This document shows, in pieces, positions 24,608 to 39,590 of a stretch of 64,000 bases of DNA. The notes below the pieces were generated by a model that was given only the letters and a program-made list of their open reading frames with translations, had not been told where the DNA came from and made no database searches. Position 1 is the first letter of the stretch; each line of letters starts with the position of its first letter. Both the position numbers and the translations under genes were made by a program. The DNA is taken from the NCBI GenBank assembly GCA_951406725.2, contig OX597816.1, forward strand, positions 111,538,001-111,602,000, written 5' to 3'. This DNA comes from Octopus vulgaris. Its lineage: Eukaryota.

Positions 24608-27379
24608 ACACTAGTTTAATAATAGCCAATTTTCCAGATGTAATATAAGATTAAAAATACAGGCCTTTGTAGTTAAATCCTCTATTATGATGATGATGAT
24701 GATTACATCCAGTGTTACTTATCTCCAGCAGAAAGTCGCATGAAGACTTTATGTATATCTAAAGAAATTTTTAACTACTGCTCATCTACAACTGGGAATC
24801 ATGCAGATGTTTCTGGTATATCCTTGGACTAGAGCATATTTCTCATGACTGTCTCCAACTATAATGTTACACCAGCTACAAGATGCTTCAGCATGAAACT
24901 TGTATACATGGAAAATCTCTATTGCACACTGGAATAGATCCAAGGTGAGAACATGGCTTAATCGCCATTAGGTTGGATATTATCATGATCAAAGCCATAA
25001 ACATTCTAACTTGATTAAGACAACACTTTTCACTAGCATGCAAGTACAATAAACTTTCCTACATGCACAACATTGAGATTATTGAGTTATTTCTACCATG
25101 GAAATATCACTCTGCAGATCACACACTACTATAAAAAATAAACAACCTCACATTCCCATGCCAACACAATTATGTCTGTCAAAATGTTATCATTTGCTGA
25201 ATCAGATTTTCTTATTCTCTAAAGCAGTTGTATATCTAACATCCATAACACCCCTGTGTAGTATTGGAAGAGTATTTCATAGAATTCCTTGTAATCAATT
25301 TTCAAGAATGAAACACTCCACAACATTTTTTGCTCATTTAGATCAAGGAATAGGAAAATGCCCATATTTCTGTCCCAATTCATCAGGAAACGTTCAAACC
25401 AAGTATCTGAATGCCACACAATAATGGTAGTGATACATATATATATATATATATAACATGGAGCTTAGTCCATAAAACCACTTTCATACATCAGTGGATC
25501 AAGAAAGCACAAGACTCACCTAACAGAAATGTTCCAGATATTAAAGCAATCAGAGATTTGCCTTAATCAGAGATGATGGTGTTATTCAACAGTCACCATC
25601 AGTGGATATTTTTTGGGGGACAGTTTCCAGGTGCTTAACATCTCCAAGTTCACTAACACAAATTTATACATTTCATAAATCAAAACTGGTTTGTTGCTAA
25701 TGCTTTGCTGATGTTATTTTTGTTAGTAAAACTATTGTACGTGTGCATACCAAGTCAATTTTGATTGTGTGTTACATGTAAAATATACATACACATGTCT
25801 GCAGAAGACCCATCCATTTACACTATGATACAAGATACACTGTACACATAACTCAAAGAGCTACCTCTGCTACACACACACAATCACACTGAGTTTGTTT
25901 GAGAATTATCATATTAAAAAAATGACATTGAATGAATTCTCTTTTTGAGGATTTTGTATCACAGTATAAGTGCCTCAGTATTCCCCAGATATGTAGAATA
26001 CTCTTCCACTCACACAACGAACTGGCATTAATTCAATGTCATTTTCTCCAAATCTATGAATGCCAAAATTAATCTGTTTGATTGTGATAGATGTCACATT
26101 GTTAGTTTAGTTTTGCCAATGTTAAGAATTATCTTCTGCAACAGAACTTCTTACATTCACAACTGATTAGATTCACACCACAGGGAATGAGAACTTATAT
26201 TAGAAGTTGATATTAGAATTTCTGAAAGTAATAAAAATTGTTTTAAATTTTAGTTTTATTTTCTATGAATCTTAGATAACATATAACCTATACCAGTGAT
26301 GCACTTCTAAACAACTCTTTATGTGGTACGATTTTAATGGTAAAGTCAAGGAAGAAAACAGTGCCATGTGCTACTTTCCTTCCTGACTTGACTTTTCAGG
26401 TTCTTCTTGAGACTGATATGTGGTACATTTAATTTGAGTATTCATAAATCAAAAGATAGGTGAAGGTGGAAGCTGATTTTAGTGGGTTACATTTTGGGAA
26501 GAAATGACTGGATAATTATTATAGTGGAGTTTCAGAAGTGAAGTACAGTAAAAGTGATGAGAAAAAGAGTAGATATTGTGTTGGGTAGGCTTGAATGGTA
26601 GTGATGCTTAAAAGGATGCTTCGGATACTGACTGAGGTACACTGTGCCATGAAATGTACAAAAAAAGTGGGTGTGGGGGTCAGGATTGTCTGACTGGACT
26701 ACTTTATGTCATAGACTATATCTGTTATGATCTTGCTCAGTCTGCTGAAAATGGCAAGAAATTTTCTTTTATAATAGCTGAAACATGGTCATAGCTGAAA
26801 CATTCTTGATCATGGGCCTGATCTGTGGCTAAACAACAGCAACAACATTCAGTTCATTATTCTTAGGCATTCAGTGTTAAACAACAGTGGCAGAATACAA
26901 AGCACTGTCCTTGCAGTCAGTTGTATGATACTCCACAAACTCCACAATCCATATACCTTTCCATTATTACAAATACTTTTATCACCAAATGCTCTTTCAA
27001 TAGCCATCAACATGAGTACAACCATGGTTGTGTGATTAAGGAATTTGTTTTGCAACCATGTAATTCTATCGACATTCTCACAACATAGATGATGCCTTAG
27101 AAGATCATATGAATAATTAGTTTAAATTTTTTTAAAAATTTTAATAAGGTATCAGGGAATTTATTTGAAATATAAAATAAATGAGATATCTGAATACTTA
27201 TTCATGCTTCTAAATTCAAAACCTGTTGAGGTTGAATTAGTTTTACATTGAAAGGTTTGGGTATTTTACCTGACAATCTAGGGATTATGTGAATGAATAT
27301 TGTTAAATATAGATTATGTATGTTTGTATGCATAAATATATGAATCTAAGCATATCACTGCTGTTATATATATATATAA

Positions 27380-27422
<43 letters not shown>

Positions 27423-27672
27423 ATATGCTTGGGTGCGTAAATGTATGCATGAATCTGAGCAGAGCAATGCAGTTATGTTGGTGTAGTTGTATATTTACAT
27501 ATGAATATTAAAGTATATGTATTTCTATACTAACACTTCCATGAAGTGCCTTGTGGTGTAACCCATTCTTTTGTACAAATACTTTGTGTTTCTATCAAGT
27601 ACTTCTTTTTTTATAAATGATACATGAATCACAAATATCTATTTTCATACATATGTGTGTATATATACCTAC

Positions 27673-27703
<31 letters not shown>

Positions 27704-28824
27704 CATATATATGGCTTTCAATCAATGTAAATAAGTTTATTTACTTGTTTCCTGCTATTTATACATATATTTGTTTACATGTATCATTAGCTGTCGGTAA
27801 TCTGAAATAATTTCAAAAGGAATTGAAAATGAGAACTTGGATTTCTGGAATGAAGTGCAGAATACTATATTTTTTTTTCACAACTAGGCACAAAACCCAT
27901 TTGTAAAGGAAAACAGGTAATAATCAATTGACTTGACAGAACATGCCATAACTTGAGGTGATATCTAAAAATACTTAATAGCAAACCAATATGTGTCTAC
28001 ATAAGAGGCATCAAGCATAAAGGATTAGGTAGAAGTATCAGCAGACTTAATATATCTCCATCTTGCTTCACAACAATATTTTTCAGAATCAAAAAAATAC
28101 GAAGATGGAAATAGGAAAAAAATACAATTCATGATGCAAAGTGTAAAATAAATATGGGTTTAATGGGATGTTGGAATTTGAAACTTATGCATAAAAAGAT
28201 TTTCAATATGATTTTATGCTTTGATTTTATTTTTGCTATATTCAAAACATGTTGATAGAGTGAGTTAGGTGCCTTTATCACGCTGGCAGAAAATATTGTT
28301 TCCAGATTTAGAGTCATCCTGATCAAATTCTATAGGCTAGTGAGAAAGTTGTTGGCTTTGCAGCTAAATAACTCTTTGGATAAATATAAGTTCAAAACAT
28401 GCTATAGCCATTGTGTTATAGGCAGTTTTTTCTTGTCGATGTTTAGCTTCGAGTCAACCCTGGTCTAACACTTCTGATCAAAAGTATTCAGATCCTTATC
28501 ATCCCATCTTTTTCACATGTTCAGAATTACATTCGCTAATGGGTCTTTTCATATTTAAAATAGGATTTAAGAGAATTAGATTGATGTTTCCAGCAGATCA
28601 AGATTTTATATACAGAATCTCTCAGTACCACAATCTGTCTCACTGGCTCAATCTGTTTCTTATTTACTTAATACTTTTCCATTGATTGAAAATTCTTTTA
28701 TTATTAGCTTATACATTTAAGAAAAGAATAAAACACTATTTTTCTTGATCTCTCTCTCTCACTGAAAGTAGGTACCAACCATACTTCAAGAGTGCATTTT
28801 TATTTATTTTCTTATTCATATTAT

Positions 28825-29190
28825 CCTTTTTTCTTATTTGTTTCAATCATTAGACATTGGCCATGTTGGTGTACCATCTTGAAGAATCTTTTTTCAGTCA
28901 AAGTGCTTATATTTTGCTAAGCCTGATACTTATTCTAAGATACAGGGATGTAAACACACAAGCACTAGTTGTCAAGAGGTAGGGGAGGGAGGCACAGACA
29001 CACATACATACACACACAAATATACGATGGGCTTCTTTCAGTTTCCATCTACCAAATCCACTCACAAGGCTTTGGTCAGCCCATGGCTATGGTAGAAGAC
29101 ACTTGCCCAAAGTGCCACACGGTGGGATTGAACCCAGAACTATGTGGTTGGGAAGCAAACTTATTACCACACAGCCACCCCTGTGCCTAT
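28825..29190 (-). mobile_element. SINE family A
   Basis: Reverse-complement homology to 24192-24607. Confidence 0.8.
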
Positions 29191-29989
29191 TATATTGCAA
29201 TATGTGAACAATAATGTTGTTGCTTACAAGTTAAGACATGTCAAATGAATTTTTTTGTAAAGCACTGTTCTTTCATTTTTCTCACAAATGTTTATAACCT
29301 ATAAGATATTTGCACACACATAACTACATATATATTTATAAGTATTCCATTTTAAACTCTGCAATATTTTCTATATCAGGTGAACATGTCGCCAGCTGGT
29401 TGTTAAGTGGCACTGGGTGGGTGAACCACTTGACAAATTTATGGAGCACCTCAGAAGAGTCCAACTTCGCAGTGGGCCACCTGTTTCTCAACATTTCCAC
29501 TCAACTGACAATTCCACCAACACCTTTTGGTTTTCAGCATGACTACCACCATTGCATTCCTGATTAGGGATCACTTTTTTCTTGCAAAGGCAACAAAGGT
29601 TCACTTTTTCTTTCCAAACCTATACACCTTACAATCTCAATTCTCCACCTCAAATCTTCCAATCTCATTTACTCCCCACCCCTCCTCATTATACCTCTTC
29701 CTTCAGCTTGCTTCTTTGCCCCTACCCTGCCGTCTTTCATGTGGCTCACCCACACCCACACTCACACCGTCTTCTACTACCCATATCTCACCCTCACACT
29801 CACCTATATATCTGCAATACACTTAAACTATTGCTACATCCTTGCATTCCTGCTATTCCATACCTCCACATCTTCATACATGCATATACACATTTCATCT
29901 TTTCTGCCATTTTTCCCCTTCACACCTCATGAGCACCAGTGTGTCCACACACACACACACACACACACACAATCATCATCTTGCCAACA

Positions 29990-30447
29990 TATGCAGGAAT
30001 GGCTGTGTGTTAAGAAGCTAGCTTCCCAACCACATGATTCCAGGTTCAGTCCCACTGTGTGGCATTTTAGGCTAGTGTCTGCCTTGGACTGACCAAAGCC
30101 TTGTGAATGGGTTTGGTAGATAGAAACTGAAAGAAGCTCATTGTATATATGTGTGTGTGTGTATGTGTGTGTCTGTGTGCACGCAAGTGTGTGTATGTAT
30201 GTGTGTATGTACACATTTATGTGTGTGTGTGTGTCTGTGTTTATCCCCCCTGCTATTGCTTAACAACTAATGCTGATGTGTTTATGTCCCCATAACTTAG
30301 CAGTTCAGCAAAACAGAATGATTGAATAAGTACTAGGCTTACAAAGAATAAATCCTGGAGTCAATTTCTTGGATTAAAACCCTTCAAGTTGGAGCTCCAG
30401 CATGGCTGTAATCTAATAACTGAAACAAGTAAAAAAAAATGAAAGAA
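29990..30447 (+). mobile_element. SINE family A
   Basis: Homology to 24192-24607 including head, internal microsatellite and tail. Confidence 0.8.
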
Positions 30448-31539
30448 TACCCCCACATACCTACTCCCCACCCACGTACACCTTCACACTCACATCTTGC
30501 CATTTGCTCACCCTCTTGTCTTCCTGACACATATTCATGTGGCCACTAACTTTCTACTTACATGCACATAGACACATTCAAACACACTTGCACAAGAATC
30601 CACACATATATGCTTACACTCACACACACACACATCTCATTCACTCCTACATTTCATGAAGTTTCATATTTAGATGCTTTTATTAACTCCATTCAGTTGA
30701 TAAACATAATTAAATCTTGAAATTAAATGGTTTTGATTTACTGTCAAGTGACTCTCGGCTAACCCTGGATACATACATATATATAAAGTAAGGAGGTATG
30801 ATATGAATATATTTATTTCTCCAGTTGGTATCTATAAGATTAAGATTACTTTGCAGCCAAAATCATAGGACTATATTTTACACCCTCTGTATTGGTTTAC
30901 CATGTGGCTTGTAGCCTGGTCTACTAAAGGAGGTTGTTTTTGTTAGTACCACCAGATTATATAAATCCATATTTATTGTGCATTAAATTCGTGTCTGTGT
31001 GTGTGCGTGCATGAGAGCACATGGCCTAGTGGTTGGGGTGTTGCACTCATGATCCAGCAATTGTGATTTCAATTCCTAGAGCAGGTAGTCTTGTGACCAT
31101 GCAACAGAGGCTCATGTTTGTATATCATCAAATCTATTCCTTCTCAGCTCAGATGTCTTCTGAGCTCACTGCTGATGACAAGATTGCACCTCTATATTTC
31201 ATGTACGTTCCATCTGTTAGGCTTCTACTCAGTTTCCATCTGCCAAATTTTGCTCAGAAAGTATGGGTGAACTTGAGGATGTAGAAAACGGGAAATTACC
31301 CAAAGTGCTACATGCTACAGGATCACACATAGGAACTGCAATTGTGTGCATGTGTATGGCGTAGGCAGTGTGCATGTGGTGTGTTTGCAGTGTGCATGTG
31401 ATGTGTGTGCGTGTGTATGTGTGTGTGGTGTGTATGTGTAGATGGTATGCATGTGGTATCTGTGTGGTGGGGTGTATGTGTGTTTGTGTTTACATCAGTT
31501 AATTTCATTTTAGAATGTCTAGGCTAAATTGAAAATATA

Positions 31540-31748
31540 CTTTTTTACTCTTTTACTTGTTTCACTCATTTGACTGTGGCCATGCTGGAGCACCACCTTT
31601 AGTCGAGCAAATCGACCCCAGGGCTTATTCTTTGTAAGCCTAGTACTTATTCTATCAGTCTCTTTTGCCGAACCGCTAAGTTACGAGGACATAAACACAC
31701 CAGCATCTGTTGTCAAGCGATGTTGGGGAAATAAACACAGACACATAA

Positions 31749-31819
<71 letters not shown>

Positions 31820-31978
31820 TACAACAGCATTATTTCAGTTTGCATCTACCAAATCCACTCACAAGGCTTTGGTTGACCCGAGGCTATAGTAGAAGACACT
31901 TGCCCAAGGTGCCCACACAGTCTGACTGAACCCGGAACCATGCGGTTGGTAAGCAAGCTACTTACCACACAACCACTC
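31540..31978 (-). mobile_element. Full-length SINE family A
   Basis: Reverse-complement homology to 24192-24607. Confidence 0.85.
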
Positions 31979-32871
31979 AATGAATTACCCAAATTACTAT
32001 ACCATGTCTTCCAATCAGGAACCACATAGTTGTAGAGTGAACTTCTTTCTTAACCATACATCCATACATGCACCTATGTTGAGAACAATTATAGTGTTTA
32101 GTGATTAAAAATCTTAAGGTTACAAAGCAAACTTCTTAACTACACTGAAATTATACCAAATCCTGGTAAAATTAAAATGTATATTTCTGGGTGACCAAAA
32201 AATCAAAATAGAATGTTGATATAGAATTGGATCTCCTCCTCCTCTTGGATCAAAAAATGTAGTATTAAAATTTCTGTATGTCTGGGTCTGCACTCATTAA
32301 TACTCACTCTATATAATTTTTTACATCACAGCTGAGTGCTATCCTTATTTTCATTATTTTCATTTCTAGTCTTGTTAATTTACTTCACTTCCAATAGAGG
32401 ATATAACAGTAGTTATCATAACTGAAACAGCTATGATATTAATAACTATTATTTTAGCTTTAGCATTTATTTCAGGTTTAGGTATTAATCTCATGTGTAT
32501 ATATACTCTTGATAATGTCTGTATGTGCTTTACAATTCAGTTTATTGATTTCTGAGTATCTTTGAGATTTCTTATCTGGATATAACTGATATTTTTTATT
32601 AGACATTTTATCTGTTCAAAGTGGGTTTTGTGAGTGCTTCTAAACTAGGTTTTATTAGCATTTCTATATGGAATTCCTATGCTGCTGGTTACATGTACTC
32701 AGTTGTATGTCATCTTCAAAATACACTTTGAGCTTATTCTTATAAAAACAATCATTTAGTATCATCCCATAGCATGCTTATACATGTGAAGTTTGGTTTC
32801 ATATAATAGTTAAAGGAGTAGGTTCCAGATAAAAGAAGAATGGAGAAATCCCATTCTCTTTAAGTATTCCT

Positions 32872-33850
32872 TAATTATTATTATTATTATTATTATTATT
32901 AGTCTTTCTTCTTTCAGTTTTGTGTCCATTTCTTGCTGAGTGTCTTCCTGACACCCAGGGAAAAGAAACTTACTGTATACATTGATAGCCCATTTAAATA
33001 AACACATCAGATTGTTCATTTACAAAGTCAAGTTATGTGAGAAAAAAAAAAGATGAAAAGGAAAAGAAAAAGGAAATAAAAAGGAAAAAAGAAAAAAGGA
33101 AAAGAAAAAATTTACATCGATTGTAATCATTCTCACAGCAACAATGCTCTTCTTAATACAGGTAACGTACGAGTTAAAACAATCTTTTGCCATTTCTGCC
33201 TGGATGATAAACCAGGAATCATTCTCAAATAATTTTCAGTTCCTTTTTTCATCTTTCAAAGTACTCTTACAATCACTGGTATTGTAACTGTCTTGAGATG
33301 CCACATTTTTTTCAATTTCATTCACCAAATCTTTATATTTTCTAAACTTGTCAAATTTCTTTGCCAAGATATTATAATCACATGTCAATCAATAAACAGA
33401 TTCAATGTTTTGCTCTTTCACAACAATATCCAATTTATTAGCTTTGATGGTTCTGATGATATTTTCTGAAAATCCCAAAAAATCATTACTTTTTCTTCCT
33501 CATTTACAACTTCATGGTGGTGTATATATGACTTGTCACCAGTTTCGATTTTAAAATGCTATCATATTAACCAGTGTAGATATTGGCTCTGTTATGTCTT
33601 GGTTTATACTCTTTCAGTGCTTAAACTTTGCATCCAGAGATTAGGTGGTCCATTGTTTTAATCTCATCATTGCAGCAGCGGAAATTTGGATCTACTCCAT
33701 TTTCTATTACATTGACTTCATAGTTTCAGGTCAATAATCTTAGATTTTAAGCAGCCGAGATGAAGTCTTAGCTCACTGCCTTTAGTCCTGAGCTCCACAG
33801 CCACTGATGAGTATGCTTCTAGTCAACATCAGCTTCTTTGCTATATGCCA
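32872..33850 (-). mobile_element. Decayed R4/Dong-like 3' part (knuckle, endonuclease, 3' UTR) ending at a (taa)n tract
   Basis: Minus-strand remnants THQWLWSSGLK, CCNDEIKTMDHLISGC and an endonuclease-like region. (att)n at 32874-32900. Confidence 0.65.
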
Positions 33851-34179
33851 CATATTTACTAGCTTTTAAGCAACTGACCCTGAATGAGAAGATCTGCAAA
33901 CAGATCTCTGACTTGTTTTGGAGAATTTGTTGCAATTGTTTCTTCTAGAGCCATATCCTAATGATGATCATATTTGTTGCTGTAAAAAATCATGTAAAAT
34001 AAAAAACAATCACAGTAATGAAAACATAAGAATCCAAAATTTCAGGATTACAGGTCTGGATTTGGCCCGGAATGTTTTTAATTTACTCACAGAGTTAGCC
34101 TTTAAATTATAAAAATTATTGTACAAAAAAATGGAATCCAAAATTTCAGAATTATGGGCCCACATTTGAGTTTGAATTC

Positions 34180-35665
34180 TGCCAAGACCTTTCTTCTTTC
34201 TGTGGCAGTCTTCAGTTAAGTCTTTATTGATCATTAGTTGATCTTTACAGCTGTATTAGCCCTTGCAGCAACCCTGCTGGAAACAGGTTGTATTCTTCCA
34301 GATGATTGCTCATTTTCCGCTATATTATTGCAGTAATGGCTTTGTAAATTGTTGGAAGACTAGTAATTGGTCTGTAATTTTGTGGATTCACCATTTTAGT
34401 GGATTTGGGAATTAGGATGGTTTTTCCTTTCATGAGCCATTCTAGTATGTCATTAAATTTCTCATCCAGCTTTTTGTGTGTTCCTGTCAGATATTTTAAC
34501 CAGAAGTTGGGGATCGTATCATGCCTGGGTGCCTTTCAGTTGCTTAGTTTTTACAGTGCCTAGGTGACTTCTTCAGTTGTTATAGGAGTCCAGAGTTGTT
34601 CAGGTGCTGAGTTTGTTGTTTTAATGGACCTTTTCTGAGGTTGTTCCTTCACCGACCATATTTCTTCCCAAAATTCTTCCACTTCTACTGCAGGTGCTGC
34701 ATTGATGTCTATTTTATTTTTGCCAAGTTCTTGGTAGATTCTTTTGGGGTTGGAGTTGAACTGTTTGTTAAAGAAACATTGGCATTTCTCATACCAGCAG
34801 ATCCATTGTGCTTTGGTAAGGATATCTTGCTTTAGCTGTTCTTCTACCTCAGGTAAAACCCTTTTCTGTAATGTTGTATTTGCAGAGTATTTTTGCTCTC
34901 TTCTTGTTGCTTAATAGTGTTGATTGTTTACTAGTTTTGTTAAGGATTGATAGATCTTTTCTCTTGTTTTCTATTTTTGCTGGATATTATTTATCCACAG
35001 GGTTTATTTGGGTGGTGGTGCTCCTGTTTGGATGGGTTTGAGGGAGTATCCAGCTTCTTTTGTGGCCACAGTGGTGGCTGCTGTATATATTATGTTGTTT
35101 AGCTCGGTGATATTGACATTTGTTTCTGTGGCTATTAGTTCTGTAATGACCAGGTTCATGCTATTTATTATTGATGTTGTTTTATTATCTATTTTAATTT
35201 TTGGGAGGTACAATCGGTGGTCCATACTGAGATCTGGGGCTTTCAGTTCTTTGATTATGCCCATTTTCAGAGTATCATAATCATTAGGTTCACCTTCATT
35301 GTTTCCTGGTTTTAGATTTGTTTTGCCTTCCTTCTCATTCATATGTTTGTCTGTAGTATTCTGGTTTGATGCTTTTTGCACATCATTATACATTCCTGCA
35401 TTCTGTGTTTGTTGTCTTTCATTATTTACTTTGCTTTTGTTGGAAATGCTACGTCTGTCTTCTTGTTTTACAGTTCCAATGCTTATGGTGTTATTTGGCA
35501 TTGCTGTGTGGGTTTACTATCAACATTTTCTTGATGCATTTTTCATTTTAAGTGTTCTATTTCTATTTCAGATATCATTTTTGTTTTGAGAATATATCTT
35601 CGTATGTTAGCTGGTTTATTAGGATTCATTGCTGTATCCAAGTCTTTATTTAGGTTAATTTTCTT
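34180..35665 (-). mobile_element. R4/Dong-like 5' part and RT N-terminus, same family as 17630-19511
   Basis: MINKDLTEDCHRKKKGL is nearly identical to ORF 17986. N-terminal ORF 35004-35501 (ELNNIIYTAAT). Abuts (tta)n at 35672-35755. Confidence 0.85.
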
Positions 35666-35675
35666 ATTCGGATTA

Positions 35676-35746
<71 letters not shown>

Positions 35747-35879
35747 GTTATTATCATTTATGATTTCCCTTCATTATAACTTCATTTCAGCTGCCTTATT
35801 ACTGGGCATCCTCCAGAGGCCAAGAGTAGCAAGGACAATTTTGTTTTACTATTCATGCTAAAATTATCACCACATTTAT

Positions 35880-36575
35880 TCCATTTTAGATGGAGATTGC
35901 TTTCCGTAGTATACAGGCTGTACCCATCAAGGTTATCCTTTGTAGTTAACAGAGATTGGAGTTAAGGAGTTGCTTAATATATTTCTTAGCTCCCTTCTTT
36001 ATCATTCCCAATACACCAATTACTGCTGGTATTATCGTAGTACTAATCTTCCACATTTTTGCGATTTCAATTTGCATATCTTTATAGTGAGAAAGCTTTT
36101 TGTATTCCTTTTTTGAGACATTTGGATCTTGTGAGACAGAAATATCTTTTAACAGACAAGTTCCTCTGTTGTAGTCCTCAATTACAATGTCTGGTCGATT
36201 GCAGTCAATTTTTCTGTCTGTATAGGGAAGTTCCAAAGGAAGGTGACACCCTCACCATTTACTACATCCTCTGGATGGTACCTGTACCACTTATTATGGG
36301 ATTTAATTTTGTAGTATTTACAAGCATTCCTGTGGATGTACTGCCTTATTCTGTCATGTCTTATGAGGTACTCCTTTTCAGCGTGAACTGGGCAGCCAGA
36401 AACAACATGATCAATTGTCTCTGAGAATTTTCTGCAAATTCTGCATGAGTTGTCAGATCTATCTTTAAGGATGTTTGCATGGTAGTTTCTGGTAGGTAAG
36501 GTAAGCTCTGATCTTGCACTGCAATAACAAGACCTGTTTCCCCTTTCAGACCTGTCCCTTGTAGCCATTGGTGTG
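35880..36575 (-). mobile_element. R4/Dong-like endonuclease fragment (different subfamily)
   Basis: CRICRKFSETIDHVVSGC, RHD, NRPDIVIED..LKDISV and IIPAVIGVLGMI. Confidence 0.85.
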
Positions 36576-36697
36576 TTAAATTTTCATCATCATCATCATC
36601 ACCACCACTTTGTTTTTAATCCTTTGGGAGTTAATAAAATGCATTCCAGTGAAGTACTGGGGTCACTGTAATAATAATAATAATAAGAAGAAGAATA

Positions 36698-37228
36698 AAT
36701 GCCCTGATGCAGTACCAGGCAGTGGCTCTCATGGCTTCTGATCTTAACTGATTGGAAGTGTTATCATGTACATTGCTTTGTCTTGGTATAAAGGATGGGC
36801 TACAGCAAATATTCTGCTCAATACCACAGATTTGCTTATCCGTTGTTTGACCTTAACTAGTTGACCATGTCCCTTAGTGGCTGATGATATGTGCATCTCT
36901 GATCACAAGTAGAAGTAGTGGGGGAGCATCATAGCCGTGTGTAAAGGAATTCTTGGAGGTTTGGATAATTCACCTTTGCAAACATGGATGGTTCGTTCAA
37001 CATCCTTAAACATTCCTTGTTTAGGGACCTTTTGAGTGGGATGGGCTATTCGACAAGAAAATTCTAACTGGGCCCCACCTGCAAGGTCATGTGCTATTCA
37101 TCTTCATATGAGATTACCATGTCACGCACATATGGTTGTGATGCATGTGCCTGGTGTACCCTTATCAGACTGGGCTTCGTATATTTTACCCCAGTGTCAC
37201 TTTGATGGCATGCTCTGCTCTCTCATGC

Positions 37229-37230
<2 letters not shown>
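36698..37230. mobile_element. Non-coding dispersed element inserted in a (taa)n tract
   Basis: (taa)n on both sides (36668-36697, 37229-37293), a partial second copy at 11168-11313 and a terminal hairpin gccctg-atgcagtac-caggc. Confidence 0.6.
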
Positions 37231-37295
<65 letters not shown>

Positions 37296-39590
37296 TTAAT
37301 ACTGATTTATTTACAAGGGAGATATAACAAGATTTATTAGATTTCTGCTTTTTTGAAAGGTATAGCCAAGAAAGTAAAGTTGATTAGTTTTTGCTGAGAA
37401 TTGAAATGAATTTGTAAAATTATATTCCTGCACAGCTGCTTCCCTGCTGCAATACTCACTCCTCATAAATCATTTTATAATGATTTTTGCTATATTTTTT
37501 TGTGTTTTCCATCATAATTGGAATGAATTATGATCCCAAACATAGGCAGAAAAAGCAAACATTTCTGGAGTTGTGTGCAGTTATAACCAGTACTTTACTG
37601 GTACTTATTTTACCAAATTTGGATGAAAGACAAATCTGAGACCATAAAGAGACATTCTGCAAAGCATTCAGTTCAGTGTTGTACCAGATAAGCCAATCAT
37701 CATTTTTATATTGGAGAAAGAGTGATAACAATTTTGCAAAGATATACAAATGAGAATAATGATTTAATAATTTAACATTAAAGGGAAGTGTATGGAATAG
37801 TCATAGTATTTGTGTCTTTCTGATATAGATTAGTGAAGTGATTAATGTTCTGCTTGATAGAATTCTTAGAGACATTAAACTGAAGTAATGCTTCATCTTG
37901 CAGACAAGTAAACTACAGCAAATTAACCACAACTGGTCACATTTTAGGAGTCAGACTGCCAAATCGAGTTGCTACTTTGAATTCTAGCAGCACAGACATT
38001 TCACTCTGCCTGGGTAATATTTATCCCCACTTAAATGTGGATGTTCTGTGAGAACAAACTATACTGCCATAGATATCATGAGAGAACCTCTCTTTGGCTT
38101 TTGGTGCAAAATGCACTTTTGTTCACCTCCCCTGCTAGTGATATGAACAAGAGTACATTTTGCACCAAAAGCAGAAATAAGAGTTTCTCTCATGGTATCT
38201 ATCACAGTATAGGTTGTCCTAAAAGAACATCCACATTTAATTGGGCATAAATATTACCTCTTAGCATTAATACTGTCTCTGTTGCTAATATATATTTTTA
38301 CTCTGTCTATCTACTGTACAAGTCTTGCATTTTAGGTGATTTGAACCTGGAAATGAAATTTATCATGCATCTATGTTGTTGTGTTTGTCGAATATTATAA
38401 TGCATTTGTCTGAATCAAATAAAAGAATTGGTAAACTTAGAATGCTTCTATGATAGTTAGCACTGCTTTCACATGTCAGTAATGCTTCTATTTGTGTATA
38501 TGTAATTGCAGATTCTGTATTGGTTATGACATTTATTGGCCATGAATTATGCCAAATTATTTCTATATTAAAATGTGTTAAAACGAACATTGATTAAGCT
38601 ATATATTATCAACATTGGTCAATTTAAACACATGAATTCTCAAAATACTTATACCAGGCTTTCCATCTAAATTATATATGAAATATGCTAAATATCAATA
38701 AATAGTAATTAAATATGAGAAATATGAGATGTGGTAGGTTTATGAAATTAATAAAAGCAGTGTAAGAAATCAAAATATAACATCAATTAAAGCAACATCA
38801 ATTCAGACAGGATTAATGTTTGTAAAGATCCGTAAAGATCCTTCCTTTACAGGAAAATATTGTCTTCTTTCTTTCATAAACATTGAAGCCAATAACTGTC
38901 AACATGTGAACAGCTACTGCAAGCCTCTGCCAACAATTTAGCATTGCTCAAATTAAATGAAACATTTTCCTGACAAAGAGCAACTGCAAGCATTGAAAAA
39001 TGTTGTAAGAATTTATAAGATTAATCTTGAAGCAGATTAATTGCTGGAAGCCTCATATAATATGCAAGCTTTTGAAAGAGAACAAATTATTCTCTATTGA
39101 TTTCCCCTTCATTTTGCCAAAACTGTGAAACAGGTAACTCAACAAACAATCTTAAGTTCTATTGAATAAAGTGCTAACACTGAAAAGAAAAAATATTTTC
39201 TATTCTATGAATATAAGTGTTTAATTAGTAATATAAAGCAAGCAACAGATAATACTAAAAATTTTAGTTCTATTGTTGGTCTCATGAGAAAGCAGAACTA
39301 CATTTACTACAACAATATGAGACAATAGTAGAAATTCTGATGTTATTAGCTTTTATTGCTTATTGTACAAAATATATCTATTGAAATTGTTATTATTCAG
39401 ATCACAATCCTTATCAATCATATTATCATTACCATTATTATATTATTATTTCATTATCATCATTGTTGCTATTAACATATACAGTTTTTCACTGAAATTT
39501 AAAGTTTGATTTCCTAAGCCCTGTTGATTGAGATATGTGATACTCAAAATATCCTATTCCTATTCTGTTTTATGTTTTCATTTTTTTCAG

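Noticed and set aside
24700-25430. Possible ancient RT relic on the minus strand (GIFLFLDL)
   Set aside because: Only one weak motif was found and I could not recover others by eye. It needs BLASTX.
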